Source: an uncultured Pseudomonadales bacterium
Lineage (GTDB): Bacteria; Patescibacteriota; Microgenomatia; UBA1400; PJMF01
NCBI GenBank assembly: GCA_964583795.1
Contig: CAZOWX010000010.1
Coordinates: 1 to 52,725 of the forward strand
DNA length: 52,725 bases
Direction of reading: 5' to 3'
The first letter of the stretch is position 1, and the number at the start of each line of letters is the position of its first letter. The position numbers and the translations under genes are program-made. This document shows positions 36,669 through 45,913 of this stretch, piece after piece. The notes beneath the pieces were generated by a model. That model did no database searches. It was not told the origin of the DNA and saw nothing but the letters and a program-made list of their open reading frames with translations.

Positions 36669-37670
36669 TTACTTTATCTTTGCTTGCTCGATTTCACTCT
36701 CTCCCACTCTTTGTTCTGGGGGCATGACTCGCAGTCCCAAGAATTTGTAAAACTCTTTTTCGTTGTTAAGTTCAACAAGTTTTTTGTCTTGATCAAGCAG
36801 TTTAATACCATGCTCCGAGAGGGACTTGCCTTGTTTGAGCGCGTACTCGCGCAGTTTAATGTTATGTTCTTTTGATCCAGTAAAGTGTTGCAAAAATGCC
36901 CCGAAACGCTCTGGTGGTGAGCTTTTGATGTCGACTTGAATGTTATTGGTGAGGATAACGCGGATGAGGTTATCTCCATCGGCTAGAACTTGTTTAATAT
37001 TTTTGAGCGTTTTAATAAACGTTTTGACTTGTTCAAAATCAGTAGTAGCAACTCCCAAATCAATATCCCCAACTCTTTTCTTTTTTCGGCGCAAACTGCC
37101 AAGCGGAAGTGCTTCGATGACTGCTGGACACTCTTTGAGTTGAGTGAGCAATTTGTCTGCAATGACCGATGCTTCTTCAAAACTGTACGAAGATGCTTGA
37201 TGCTTCGAGAGCTCAATAGCTTCAATAATGTCTTGTTCACTTTTTTCACCAAACCCTTCCAAGTCTCTGATTTTGCCTGCTTTTGCCAGTTGTTCTAGAT
37301 CATCAACTGCACTTTTTGGTTCGAGCTGAAACGTGGTGACAAATTTGTAGGCACGTTTGACTCCAATCCCTGTGATGTCCAAAAGTGGAAAAACGGCTGC
37401 GGGTACTTGATTCAAGTACTGGTCAATTTCCTGACAATGCCCAGTGTTTAAAAGTTCAATAATTTTTGACTCAATGGCTGGTCCAATTCCTTCAATCCGA
37501 TCCAGGGACTTTTCTCGTTGATATATATCGGAGATTTCTTCTGTCAAATCAAGTAAGACTTGAGCAACTTTTTGATATGATCGGATTTGAAAGAAGTATT
37601 TTTTCTGATCGATCAGTTGTAGCGCTGCAGCAAGGTACTCGAATTGTTTGGAGATGGCAACGTTGGTCAT
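36669..37670 (-). CDS. family X DNA polymerase, polymerase core only (no PHP domain)
   Basis: HhH motifs (IEGIGPAIESKI, ITGIGVKRA) and the nucleotidyltransferase motif GSLRRKKKRVGDIDL. At 333 aa it stops after the thumb. Confidence 0.85.
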   Translation of the reverse strand: MTNVAISKQFEYLAAALQLIDQKKYFFQIRSYQKVAQVLLDLTEEISDIYQREKSLDRIEGIGPAIESKIIELLNTGHCQEIDQYLNQVPAAVFPLLDITGIGVKRAYKFVTTFQLEPKSAVDDLEQLAKAGKIRDLEGFGEKSEQDIIEAIELSKHQASSYSFEEASVIADKLLTQLKECPAVIEALPLGSLRRKKKRVGDIDLGVATTDFEQVKTFIKTLKNIKQVLADGDNLIRVILTNNIQVDIKSSPPERFGAFLQHFTGSKEHNIKLREYALKQGKSLSEHGIKLLDQDKKLVELNNEKEFYKFLGLRVMPPEQRVGESEIEQAKIK

Positions 37671-37732
37671 GTTGCTAGTATATAGGGTTTTGTATATGGT
37701 ATGTAGGGAGTTCGCTAGTACTTAATATAGTA

Positions 37733-37990
37733 CTAGAGCGACTCTGAAAATTTAATTATTGTATGTCTCTTCATGAATGCTCTGCCTGAACCAGACTTTA
37801 AATATTTTTCGAATCCAAACGCAACAAACTTGTTTGCAAAAGCGAAGTAACAAAGAAGATTAACTGGCAATCTTTGTTTTGTGGAATTAACTTGTCCACT
37901 CTGATGTCTTATGATTCGCTCTTTTAAGTTGTCAGTACATCTAATATAGCTTTTTTTATCTGAACAGAGAAGAATATAAACAAAATACAT
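37733..37990 (-). CDS. GIY-YIG nuclease family protein (UPF0213-like)
   Basis: MYFVYILLCSDKKSYIRCTDNL..R...H. 85 aa. Confidence 0.85.
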   Translation of the reverse strand: MYFVYILLCSDKKSYIRCTDNLKERIIRHQSGQVNSTKQRLPVNLLCYFAFANKFVAFGFEKYLKSGSGRAFMKRHTIIKFSESL

Positions 37991-38139
37991 TGCGGGACAT
38001 TATAAACTAATGAAGAAAAGTTTGCCCTAGTTTTTTACTGATATACGGTTGTTAAAATTTGAGACTCGTTGTTGAGGATAAGCGGACAGTGTCTCGCCAA
38101 AGCCTTTAGCAGGTAACGTATAGTTGAAGTAATTGCTCT

Positions 38140-38183
38140 ATTAAAAGGAGCCCGCCTCCACTGAAGCTACGGCGAGGCGAAGG
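38140..38183 (-). terminator. hairpin plus UUUU downstream of tRNA-Asp
   Basis: The minus-strand RNA is UUCGCCUC-(15 nt)-GAGGCGGG followed by CUCCUUUUAA. Confidence 0.4.
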
Positions 38184-38256
38184 CGGACTCGGCCGGATTC
38201 GAACCGGTGATCTCCTCTGTGACAGAGAGGCGTGATAACCACTACACTACGAGTCC
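38184..38256 (-). tRNA. tRNA-Asp (anticodon GUC), CCA not encoded
   Basis: The reverse complement is GGACTCGTAGTGTAGTGGTTATCACGCCTCTCTGTCACAGAGGAGATCACCGGTTCGAATCCGGCCGAGTCCG. Anticodon loop is CTGTCAC and T-loop TTCGAAT. Confidence 0.88.
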
Positions 38257-38461
38257 AGATGTTAAATTTCGAGCCTTAATTATATCGAAATTTTGGCACT
38301 TGAGTACCACTAAAACTTCTAAAGTAGTGATATCCCCCATGCGCTCAAGATTGCTTTGTCGCTGGGCTTATTCAGTCATACTCCTCATCTTGAGCTCTGG
38401 GGGATTATAAATTGCAAATTTACAACTATGGAGTATATAATCGCGAAAAAGGTGGGATATT

Positions 38462-39142
38462 ATGGAAAAAAGTGACATTAAACAACTGCTCAAGAATATT
38501 AAGGAATATGAACAATTGGGGAGTTTTGTCATGGGTGTGGTCGTAGTGGTTTTGATAGCAGGTAGTGTGTTGTATGGGATGGTAAAGATGAAGTTTCAAG
38601 GTAGATTCATTCATCGCGATGCTGAGAATACCCAAGTATCAATTACTCCCACGGTGGGGGTTTTGCTGATAGAAAAGCTTCCTGAAACCCCTGATTTGTA
38701 TGAGAAAGATGGGCATTGGTATGCTAAGGGATTGCCGGCTGAGTATGAAGTCAAAAATGGAGATTCAAGTTGGAAAGTAGCGCTGGCTGTCTATGGATCG
38801 GGAGACAACTATCGTGACATTGAAGTAGAGAATGCGATGCAACCCAATCAAGATTTAGTTATGGGGCAAAAAATCGTGTTGCCAAATGTGCCGTCAAAAA
38901 AGTTGGGCCCAGCCACTACAGTATCACCGACATCCAGTGCAACCCCCCAGGATCAATCTTCAATGAAGATTGGACTACCCACTAAGCATGTTGTTCAAAT
39001 TTCAGAAGGTTTATGGCAAATCGCTCAAAAGTATTATGGAGACGGATATCAGTACTTGAAAATTTACGAAGCAAATAAAGACAAAATGAAAAGCCCAGAC
39101 GATATCCGAGTAGGAATGGAGCTCACCATTCCCCAATTGTAA
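38462..39142 (+). CDS. membrane-anchored protein with two LysM domains
   Basis: N-terminal TM. LysM 1 is YEVKNGDSSWKVA...YG.G..Y..I......N.DLV.GQKIVLP. LysM 2 is HVV.ISEGLWQIAQKYYGDGYQYLKIYEANKD......DIRVGMELTIP. Confidence 0.85.
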   Translation: MEKSDIKQLLKNIKEYEQLGSFVMGVVVVVLIAGSVLYGMVKMKFQGRFIHRDAENTQVSITPTVGVLLIEKLPETPDLYEKDGHWYAKGLPAEYEVKNGDSSWKVALAVYGSGDNYRDIEVENAMQPNQDLVMGQKIVLPNVPSKKLGPATTVSPTSSATPQDQSSMKIGLPTKHVVQISEGLWQIAQKYYGDGYQYLKIYEANKDKMKSPDDIRVGMELTIPQL

Positions 39143-39166
39143 ACACTATTCTTTGGTAGAATTTTG

Positions 39167-39186
39167 CAAAAATCTGCCGATTTTTG
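39167..39186 (+). terminator. weak AT-rich hairpin after the LysM gene
   Basis: caaaaatc tgcc gatttttg, a perfect 8-bp stem. There is no separate T-run. Confidence 0.3.
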
Positions 39187-39272
39187 GCTATTAGTGGCCA
39201 AACCTGTCAACTAAAAGCGCAGAATTGAATAAATTTTGTACTCATTACTCTTTGTTTACTTTTCACACAATT

Positions 39273-39307
39273 CCTGAAACCTTAGACCTGACACCTGAAA
39301 CCTAGCA
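39273..39307. repeat. 7-nt-phased tract (5 units) abutting the tRNA-Thr 3' end
   Basis: cctgaaa ccttaga cctgaca cctgaaa cctagca. Confidence 0.8.
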
Positions 39308-39311
39308 AGAG

Positions 39312-39382
39312 AGCCTCCTGACAGAATCGGACTGTCACCCGCGGTTTACGATACCGCTGTTCTACCATTGAACTAAGGAGGC
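39312..39382 (-). tRNA. tRNA-Thr (anticodon CGU), CCA not encoded, atypical T-loop
   Basis: The reverse complement is GCCTCCTTAGTTCAATGGTAGAACAGCGGTATCGTAAACCGCGGGTGACAGTCCGATTCTGTCAGGAGGCT. All four stems pair. Anticodon loop is ATCGTAA. The T-loop is TCCGATT rather than TTCGAAT. Confidence 0.8.
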
Positions 39383-39575
39383 TACTGCTTTATTTGCTCA
39401 GCAGAGTTACCATTTTACCGCTCTTTTGTGGCAAAAACCACACTATTTGATAATGTTAGGGCCGAGGCTGGACAGAAATTAGTGCTAGTCAGCGGTTTTT
39501 TGCTCTTTGTTTTTTACCTTTTACATGTGTAGTATAGGATACATAGGAATTTATCAATTAAGAATACGTTAAGTT

Positions 39576-41837
39576 ATGAAAAAAATGACAGTAAAAGTAT
39601 CCTTCACTTTTTCAATATTCCTTTTCTTGATGAGTGCCTTTTCTCGTCAAGCTGTGTTTGCTGCGGCAACTACGGTGCTATCACATAGTGCGAATGCTTC
39701 TACGATCGGGAAGTATAAAAAGTTTGAACTCACTTTTCAAATCTCAAGACAGTTCCCTGCCGGCTCCTTTTTACCCTACTACTATTATGATCCATCTGAT
39801 ACTGCAGTGATTACCGCGTTTCCAACTCCAGGTCCGGTTGGAGCCGATGGCATAACCATTGATGGACACTTTATTACTCCGTCAGGCAAAGAACTTGTCG
39901 TGCCGGCGTTTTATATGCAGGAATATACCAGAGGGACAAGTTATCGAATTAATTTATCAACTAATTATTCCTGGAAACTGCGCTTTGCACCGGAAGAAGT
40001 CGGTGCATATCAGTACTATATTACAGTTCAGGATAAAAACGGGAGTTCACGGTATCCTGTGTCTGGAACTTTAAATTTTCAGGCAACAACTTCAACTTCG
40101 AAGGGATTTGTACGGAAGTCTTCGAGCGATCCTCGATTTTTTGCTTTTTCCAATGGTGATAGTTTTATTCCGAACTCTGCTGCTGCTCAGTGGTGGAGTG
40201 GTGGACGATCAGATGGATACGACAAGATTTTTAATAATTTTAAATTGAACAATATTAACTTTACCCGAATATGGGATCAAAATGATGGCTATGGTTTAAC
40301 AGTTGAAGGGCCATATGACGCATACCCAGATGACTACCCAAATGCTTGGGGGTTGGGAGGAAATGATCCAGCCGCGATTGCAGTGCCAAAAGGAACTCAG
40401 ATGAATCAGCGAGGCAATGCTGAACAAGACATTATAATTGATTCTGCGGAAAATAATGGAGTGTATATAGAGCTGTGTTCTCATTCAGACCCGTACTGGA
40501 TCTGGGATGCTTCAGTGCACAATGAAGGATGGAATTTAAATAAAGTTGATTTCGCCAATGTGAAACACGTGAATTATTGGAAACGCAATTTCCGCTACAA
40601 AGTAGCACGGTGGGGATACTCCCCTGCAGTTCTTAGTTGGGAGGCCTGGAATGAGCATGGTCAGGATATGTTTTCATATGGCACGTTGGTACAGTTTTAT
40701 CAAGCCTATGGTGATTACCAAAAGCAGACAGATCCATACAAACATTTTGTGACCACTTCTCAAGGTTCACAGAACTGGAGCCCTGGATTTTGGGCTCTGC
40801 CGCAAATGGACTTGGCAAATTATCACGATTATATGATGTCAAATCGATTCCCAGATGGTGTCTACAATGACGCGACTAACTTTGTGTATCGCTATGCACA
40901 ATGTTTACGAACGACAACTGGAAAAAGTAATGGTTGTAGTTTTGGTATCGGTGATGGAACTACCTGGGCTGATCCCAACTCAAAGCCAATTTTATGGACT
41001 GAGCTGGACACTGGGACCACGACTTGGAATGTAGCGAATCCTCAACCAACAGCTCGTCTCAATATGCGCTGGGCGGGTTTGTTTTCGCCAATTGGAATGG
41101 CTCCAGTTGATTGGTATAGTAGAGATGAGTCAACAACTTTTGTCAAAGATAAATATGCAGAAGCAAAAGTTGCTGGAAACTTTTTTAAGGATATTGCTTA
41201 CGATAAGGCAAAGTTCTCGTATTTTTCCACCAGTGATGTGGCCCTTACGACGTCTCCCATTACAGCGACAAACGTAAAAATTCGTGTATTGGGTATGCGC
41301 AGTCAAGATACTCAACAATTTTATGCTTACGTTCAGCATAAAGACTTTATTTGGAAGTATGGAACCACTGTTCCAGCTGCTATCTCTGGATCGTTCAGTG
41401 TCGGAGGTATGACTGATGGTCAGTACAACGTTGAGTATTGGGATACTACTGCTGGGACAAAGACGACGGCTACTGTAACAGTTGTTGGAGGGAATCTAAC
41501 AGTTCCAGTTGTAAATCTTTCAAAAAGTATTGCGATCAAAGTCCGGCACGTGAATTATAATCCAAACCCACCAACAGCCACACCTGTGCAACCGACCTCG
41601 ACTCCTGTTCAGCCTAGTTCGACGCCAATCCAACCAACAGCGACAAATGTGCCTTTTTCTTGTCCAACTGATATTGATGGGGATTATCTGACAGGATTAA
41701 GTGATTACTCAGTTTTGGTTGCTAACTTTCTAAAAAAACCGCTAATCAATCCAAAAGCTGACATAAATGGTGATGGAAGTTGTGACCTTCTTGACTACTC
41801 ACAACTTGTACAACACTTTTTACAGCCATGCCAGTAA
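39576..41837 (+). CDS. secreted glycoside-hydrolase-like protein (GH5-like TIM barrel) with Pro/Thr linker and C-terminal dockerin
   Basis: Signal peptide, then the WEAWNEH (NE acid/base-like) motif and a PTATPVQPTSTPVQPSSTPIQPTAT linker. Two dockerin Ca-loops follow: DIDGDYLTGLSDYSVL and DINGDGSCDLLDYSQL. Confidence 0.75.
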   Translation: MKKMTVKVSFTFSIFLFLMSAFSRQAVFAAATTVLSHSANASTIGKYKKFELTFQISRQFPAGSFLPYYYYDPSDTAVITAFPTPGPVGADGITIDGHFITPSGKELVVPAFYMQEYTRGTSYRINLSTNYSWKLRFAPEEVGAYQYYITVQDKNGSSRYPVSGTLNFQATTSTSKGFVRKSSSDPRFFAFSNGDSFIPNSAAAQWWSGGRSDGYDKIFNNFKLNNINFTRIWDQNDGYGLTVEGPYDAYPDDYPNAWGLGGNDPAAIAVPKGTQMNQRGNAEQDIIIDSAENNGVYIELCSHSDPYWIWDASVHNEGWNLNKVDFANVKHVNYWKRNFRYKVARWGYSPAVLSWEAWNEHGQDMFSYGTLVQFYQAYGDYQKQTDPYKHFVTTSQGSQNWSPGFWALPQMDLANYHDYMMSNRFPDGVYNDATNFVYRYAQCLRTTTGKSNGCSFGIGDGTTWADPNSKPILWTELDTGTTTWNVANPQPTARLNMRWAGLFSPIGMAPVDWYSRDESTTFVKDKYAEAKVAGNFFKDIAYDKAKFSYFSTSDVALTTSPITATNVKIRVLGMRSQDTQQFYAYVQHKDFIWKYGTTVPAAISGSFSVGGMTDGQYNVEYWDTTAGTKTTATVTVVGGNLTVPVVNLSKSIAIKVRHVNYNPNPPTATPVQPTSTPVQPSSTPIQPTATNVPFSCPTDIDGDYLTGLSDYSVLVANFLKKPLINPKADINGDGSCDLLDYSQLVQHFLQPCQ

Positions 41838-41841
41838 AAGT

Positions 41842-42645
41842 ATGAGTTTTTTTACTTTTATTCAAAGAGTACTGTTAAGTTCCTCTAAGATTGCGAATCA
41901 GCATTTTGGAAAAGTATCTTCTGAGTCTGTGAAGACAGGAGATAACAATCAAGTACTCACCCAAGCCGATCTTGATATTGGGCAGCATTTGATCAAAGAA
42001 ATCCAATCTGAATTTCCCGATTTTAATATTATCGATGAAGAAGCTGGAGTCATCGATAATGGTTCTTTATACACATGGGTGATCGACCCAATTGATGGCA
42101 CGAGCAACTTTGCCGCAGGCTTGCCAACGTATGGGGTGATGTTAGGCTTGCTCAAGGAAGAAAAACCAATTGCTGGTGGTATCGTACTTCCCTATTTTCA
42201 ACAGCTCTACATTGCCGAACATGGTTCTGGAGCATTTTGTAACGACAAACGAGTGCATGTCTCAAGTGAACAGAAGTTACTTTCTTCTTTGGTGGCATAT
42301 GGAATTGATGGTTATCAAGAAAATCCTACACGAACTGAGACAGAGATGCAGTTGGTGACCAAAGTAGTTCTTAATATTCGAAACTTGCGAACAACTAATA
42401 GTGCGTATGATATGGTTCATGTCGTTGATGGCCGATATGGAGCATTCTTAAATCAAACGACCAAAATTTGGGATAATATTGCATTTCACTGTTTAGTTGA
42501 AGAGGCTGGCGGTGTGATCACTGACTTTTGGGGGAAATCAATGGATTTTTCAAACCCTTTAACCAAAATTGAGCAGAACTTTACTGTTTGTGCCGGAGCA
42601 AAAGAACTTCATACCCAACTGCAAGCAATTATTCATAGCAGTTAA
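41842..42645 (+). CDS. suhB: inositol monophosphatase family protein
   Basis: IIDEE and WVIDPIDGTSNF motifs, plus WD..A. The start is set at the ATG at 41842, 4 nt after the upstream stop. Confidence 0.88.
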   Translation: MSFFTFIQRVLLSSSKIANQHFGKVSSESVKTGDNNQVLTQADLDIGQHLIKEIQSEFPDFNIIDEEAGVIDNGSLYTWVIDPIDGTSNFAAGLPTYGVMLGLLKEEKPIAGGIVLPYFQQLYIAEHGSGAFCNDKRVHVSSEQKLLSSLVAYGIDGYQENPTRTETEMQLVTKVVLNIRNLRTTNSAYDMVHVVDGRYGAFLNQTTKIWDNIAFHCLVEEAGGVITDFWGKSMDFSNPLTKIEQNFTVCAGAKELHTQLQAIIHSS

Positions 42646-42705
42646 TCGGACGTTGCTTGCTTCTTCTTCTCTTTTTGCAGTAGGATTTGTATAGAAGGAG
42701 TCTCT

Positions 42706-43095
42706 ATGCAAAAGTTTGCTCGAGTGTTTGGTTTTGGTTTTTTGAGTTGGCTGGTGCCCTTTGTGGCATCCATTTTTTTTTATACCAAAGAAGGTACATT
42801 ATTGGTTGATGTGTTTCTATTTAAATCAATCATGATTGTGGTTGGTTCCCTAAGTGCCAGTGTCTTGTTTGTCCTGTACTTCAAGCATTTATCGTCTCGT
42901 TTTTTGAAAGAATCGGTTGTTTTGGGAGTAACTTGGTTTGGTATCAACCTATTATTGGATATCGTTATTTTACTGCCGATGGCCAAACTTAATTTTGCCG
43001 ATTATTTTGCCCAAATTGGTATGCGATATTTGGTCATTCCTGTATTTGCTATCACGATTGGAATGCTGCTTGAGACAAAACAGAGTTCACGATGA
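42706..43095 (+). CDS. hypothetical membrane protein (4 TM)
   Basis: 129 aa. A strong AAGGAG lies 5 nt upstream of the ATG. Confidence 0.65.
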   Translation: MQKFARVFGFGFLSWLVPFVASIFFYTKEGTLLVDVFLFKSIMIVVGSLSASVLFVLYFKHLSSRFLKESVVLGVTWFGINLLLDIVILLPMAKLNFADYFAQIGMRYLVIPVFAITIGMLLETKQSSR

Positions 43096-43106
43096 AGAAG
43101 AAAACG

Positions 43107-43640
43107 CTAAGTGGAGCTTAATTCAACTAATTTTTTCATGGTGTTATAGTTGCGTGTAGTGATTGACACATTCAGTTGCTTTTCAAAAAAATTGTTATTC
43201 CATTTTGAATCACTGTACTTGGTTGCATACTGGGTATACAGCACGTTATCAACAACTTGAACAGCATCTGGTGAGAAATCTTGTTTGATGAAAGCATCTA
43301 AGAGTTGGGTGTCAAAAGGTTGTTGTGGAATCGAGAAATAGACCTTTGACGAGTCAACAGTATGAATGGGGTTGTTAGAAAAGATTGTATTAAAAGTTGT
43401 TGCATCTCGAGCGATCACAATGATCTCAGCTCCGATTTGATTCATGATGGCTTGATGAACCATCTGTTCAATGGTGGATTGAGGATGCTCTGATTGGGCG
43501 ACGACATTACCAGTTTGGATGTACGTCTGAACATTGAGCAGTCCGGCACTCGTAAGGGCTTTTCTGAGCTCTGCCATTGGGACTTTATTTTTTCCGATTG
43601 GCATTACTCCACGAAGCAGGATGACGTATGTTTGAATCAT
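43107..43640 (-). CDS. DUF1697 domain-containing protein
   Basis: YV.LLRGV.P.GKNKV.MAELR..L...GL.NV.TYIQTGNVV. Confidence 0.85.
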   Translation of the reverse strand: MIQTYVILLRGVMPIGKNKVPMAELRKALTSAGLLNVQTYIQTGNVVAQSEHPQSTIEQMVHQAIMNQIGAEIIVIARDATTFNTIFSNNPIHTVDSSKVYFSIPQQPFDTQLLDAFIKQDFSPDAVQVVDNVLYTQYATKYSDSKWNNNFFEKQLNVSITTRNYNTMKKLVELSST

Positions 43641-43648
43641 ATACTGAC

Positions 43649-43894
43649 CTATTTTTTTAGCGCTATTTCAATCTCCGTATCAAGCTCAGCGAATTGGTTG
43701 ATTATAAATTTTTTTGAATCATCAACCCCTTTATTGTACAGGGTTGTTCCAACAGTATCTAGGAACATATCCAGAAGCTCTTCAGCAGCAATCACACCAA
43801 TGGTTTCATCTTTTTCTGTTTCATAAAAGTCAATAATCGCCTTGATTGCTTGCTGGCGTTGTTCTGTGGTAAGGAGTGAGAGCTTTGATTTCGT
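43649..43894 (-). CDS. DUF2164-like ORF with no ATG/GTG/TTG start (possible ACG start or fresh pseudogene)
   Basis: The stop-to-stop frame encodes TKSKLSLLTTEQRQQAIKAIIDFYETEKDETIGVIAAEELLDMFLDTVGTTLYNKGVDDSKKFI..., which matches DUF2164 end to end from memory. AGGA lies 7 nt upstream of the ACG at 43892-43894. The ORF is absent from the ORF track because it has no canonical start. Confidence 0.5.
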   Translation of the reverse strand, partial: TKSKLSLLTTEQRQQAIKAIIDFYETEKDETIGVIAAEELLDMFLDTVGTTLYNKGVDDSKKFIINQFAELDTEIEIALKK

Positions 43895-43928
43895 TTCTGT
43901 GTCCTATTTTGTTGAGAGTATTAATATA

Positions 43929-44954
43929 TTAAACACCCTTTTGGCAACGTATTCGTCCACCAATAATATTTTCGTTACTATCTATTACCCAGTAGTTTAA
44001 CGTAATTGCACTTATATTTTTCATTCGTGTTTCATGCAAAATCAAATAATCCCCTATCTGGACCTTTTGCCAATCTTTAAAGCCTGGCATATGTATTTCT
44101 TGAGCATCAAGAAATGTCACTCTGATCCATTGATTGTCACATGTCTCTATTTTTCTGACAATACCTTGTGTACTTGAGACAAAGTTGAAAGGATTTTTTC
44201 TCAATTGGAGTAGATAAAAGATTGGGATTTTGTTTTCTGCTAAACGGTGATATCTGGGATTATGATCTTGAATTGAATCAGTGAAGATAGGGACCATTTG
44301 GATAAAATCAAATCCAAGAGCCAAGAGTGTTGCTAACCAACTTTGGGGGCTGCGACTACACATTAGAGTACTTCCCGAAGTATCGAATGAAAATACTCCA
44401 GTTACTTCATTTTCTGTGCTGCTTTTCACTACAAATTTCTGTGGTTCGTGTTCCTCCAAATCCTGCAAATATTTGGGGTGAAGGTTTACTATTAGCAGAT
44501 CTCCAGTTTCTTTCAATGCTTGAAAGGCTAAAAAAAGAAAGTATGAAGCCTCATCTCTATTGAGTATTTGATGCAACACCAGTTGAGCCACTGCTACATC
44601 GTAACTACTTTCATATTGGCGAGTAAACCGAGATATTACTCCAGTATTTTGTGCTAGTACCACTTGATTGCTGAAAGTGTCTATTGGATTAGAAAAAGTT
44701 GTTCTGACTAGATTGGAAAAGATTTTTGTATCAGTTTCAAAAAATGCTGTTTTTTTTATTCTCATACCGTTTAGTATTAAAGAAATTAGCAAATTTTGAG
44801 ATGAAGAAGCATCTCCAGACCCAAAATCAAAGAATGATAACTCGGTTGCTAGATTGGGAATTTGTAGAATACAGCCAAGTATCAAAGGATGTATTAATCC
44901 TTCTTTTAGTGGATCAATACTTTGGCCAGTTTTTGCCTCTCGTGTATTTGCCAA
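43929..44954 (-). CDS. putative class I SAM-dependent methyltransferase with extra C-terminal domain
   Basis: Motif-I-like FFDFGSGDA, post-I FFETD, DVAVAQLVLHQI and GDLLIVN. The gene is visibly more AT-rich than its neighbours. Confidence 0.55.
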   Translation of the reverse strand: MANTREAKTGQSIDPLKEGLIHPLILGCILQIPNLATELSFFDFGSGDASSSQNLLISLILNGMRIKKTAFFETDTKIFSNLVRTTFSNPIDTFSNQVVLAQNTGVISRFTRQYESSYDVAVAQLVLHQILNRDEASYFLFLAFQALKETGDLLIVNLHPKYLQDLEEHEPQKFVVKSSTENEVTGVFSFDTSGSTLMCSRSPQSWLATLLALGFDFIQMVPIFTDSIQDHNPRYHRLAENKIPIFYLLQLRKNPFNFVSSTQGIVRKIETCDNQWIRVTFLDAQEIHMPGFKDWQKVQIGDYLILHETRMKNISAITLNYWVIDSNENIIGGRIRCQKGV

Positions 44955-45037
44955 TATGGTTAAAAGTCTTTTACTATTTTTAGCTAATGAGACGTCAAAT
45001 GTTGTTTTTAGTTTTATTTGAAGGCTAAATAGCGTGA

Positions 45038-45913
45038 TTAGCCAATTGCTATTTTATACGCTCCGAACAAAATCACGAGTAGTCCAATTCCTCGTATCAC
45101 ATACACTTTTGCAGGATGGTGTTCCAGGAATGTCGGTGAAAAGCGCGATGCAATCAGACTGACCACAAACACGATTGGAGCACTGAGCAAGCCAATTACA
45201 CTAGAAATGGTGAGGTTTACGCTGAATGCTTTGAATAGAGCAATGACCCCTATAGAGCCAATATAACTGGAGATGACCATTGGTGTAATTTGCTTTGTCG
45301 TATAGTTCATTTTTGGCTTTTTAAGCATGATGAACAGAAAGCCAGCTGTTCCTATGAACATGTATTCCCAGAAAATCAATTCAATTGGAGTGAGTTGTTT
45401 CAAGCTAAAGCCAACGAGTAAATTGGAGTAAGCATGAAAGATTTGCATCAGTAGTACGAGCCCAATGCCCTTGTTGAAGAAGCTTTTGACAGACATTTTT
45501 TCGTCAAGTGAAACGAGAATTGCTCCGAAGATGAGCAGTCCCATCCACAGATAGTTTTGGATCGGAAAGCGCTCGCCCAAAAAAAGAAATGCCAGTAATC
45601 CCACAAACCCTGCTTGCAACTGAAAGAGCGGCGCAAAGCTTGATGCATCGGTATCAAAGATTGCGGTGTAAAACGCGTAGTACCCTATCAAAAAACCACC
45701 GACAAGCAGTGCTATAAGTTCGAACATTTCAAATGAAAGCGTGGTGAATGACACAAATGGAAATAAAACAAGATTAAACGAGAAGGTCGTTAGCATGAAG
45801 TATGCCATCATCGAGTCTTTGTTATCGATGCTGTGCTTGCTTAAGAGTTTGTTGAGAATCAGCACCACTGCAAAACAAGCAGCTGCGAGAAACGCGAAGA
45901 AAAGGTAGCTCAT
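45038..45913 (-). CDS. EamA/DMT-family transporter
   Basis: 291 aa with about 10 TM spans and an internal two-fold repeat typical of EamA. Confidence 0.8.
   Translation of the reverse strand: MSYLFFAFLAAACFAVVLILNKLLSKHSIDNKDSMMAYFMLTTFSFNLVLFPFVSFTTLSFEMFELIALLVGGFLIGYYAFYTAIFDTDASSFAPLFQLQAGFVGLLAFLFLGERFPIQNYLWMGLLIFGAILVSLDEKMSVKSFFNKGIGLVLLMQIFHAYSNLLVGFSLKQLTPIELIFWEYMFIGTAGFLFIMLKKPKMNYTTKQITPMVISSYIGSIGVIALFKAFSVNLTISSVIGLLSAPIVFVVSLIASRFSPTFLEHHPAKVYVIRGIGLLVILFGAYKIAIG

Noticed and set aside
36528-36875. 115-aa plus-strand ORF between the dinB partner gene and PolX
   Set aside because: It overlaps the 3' end of the well-supported PolX gene on the opposite strand. It has a Lys/Phe-rich, AT-driven composition.
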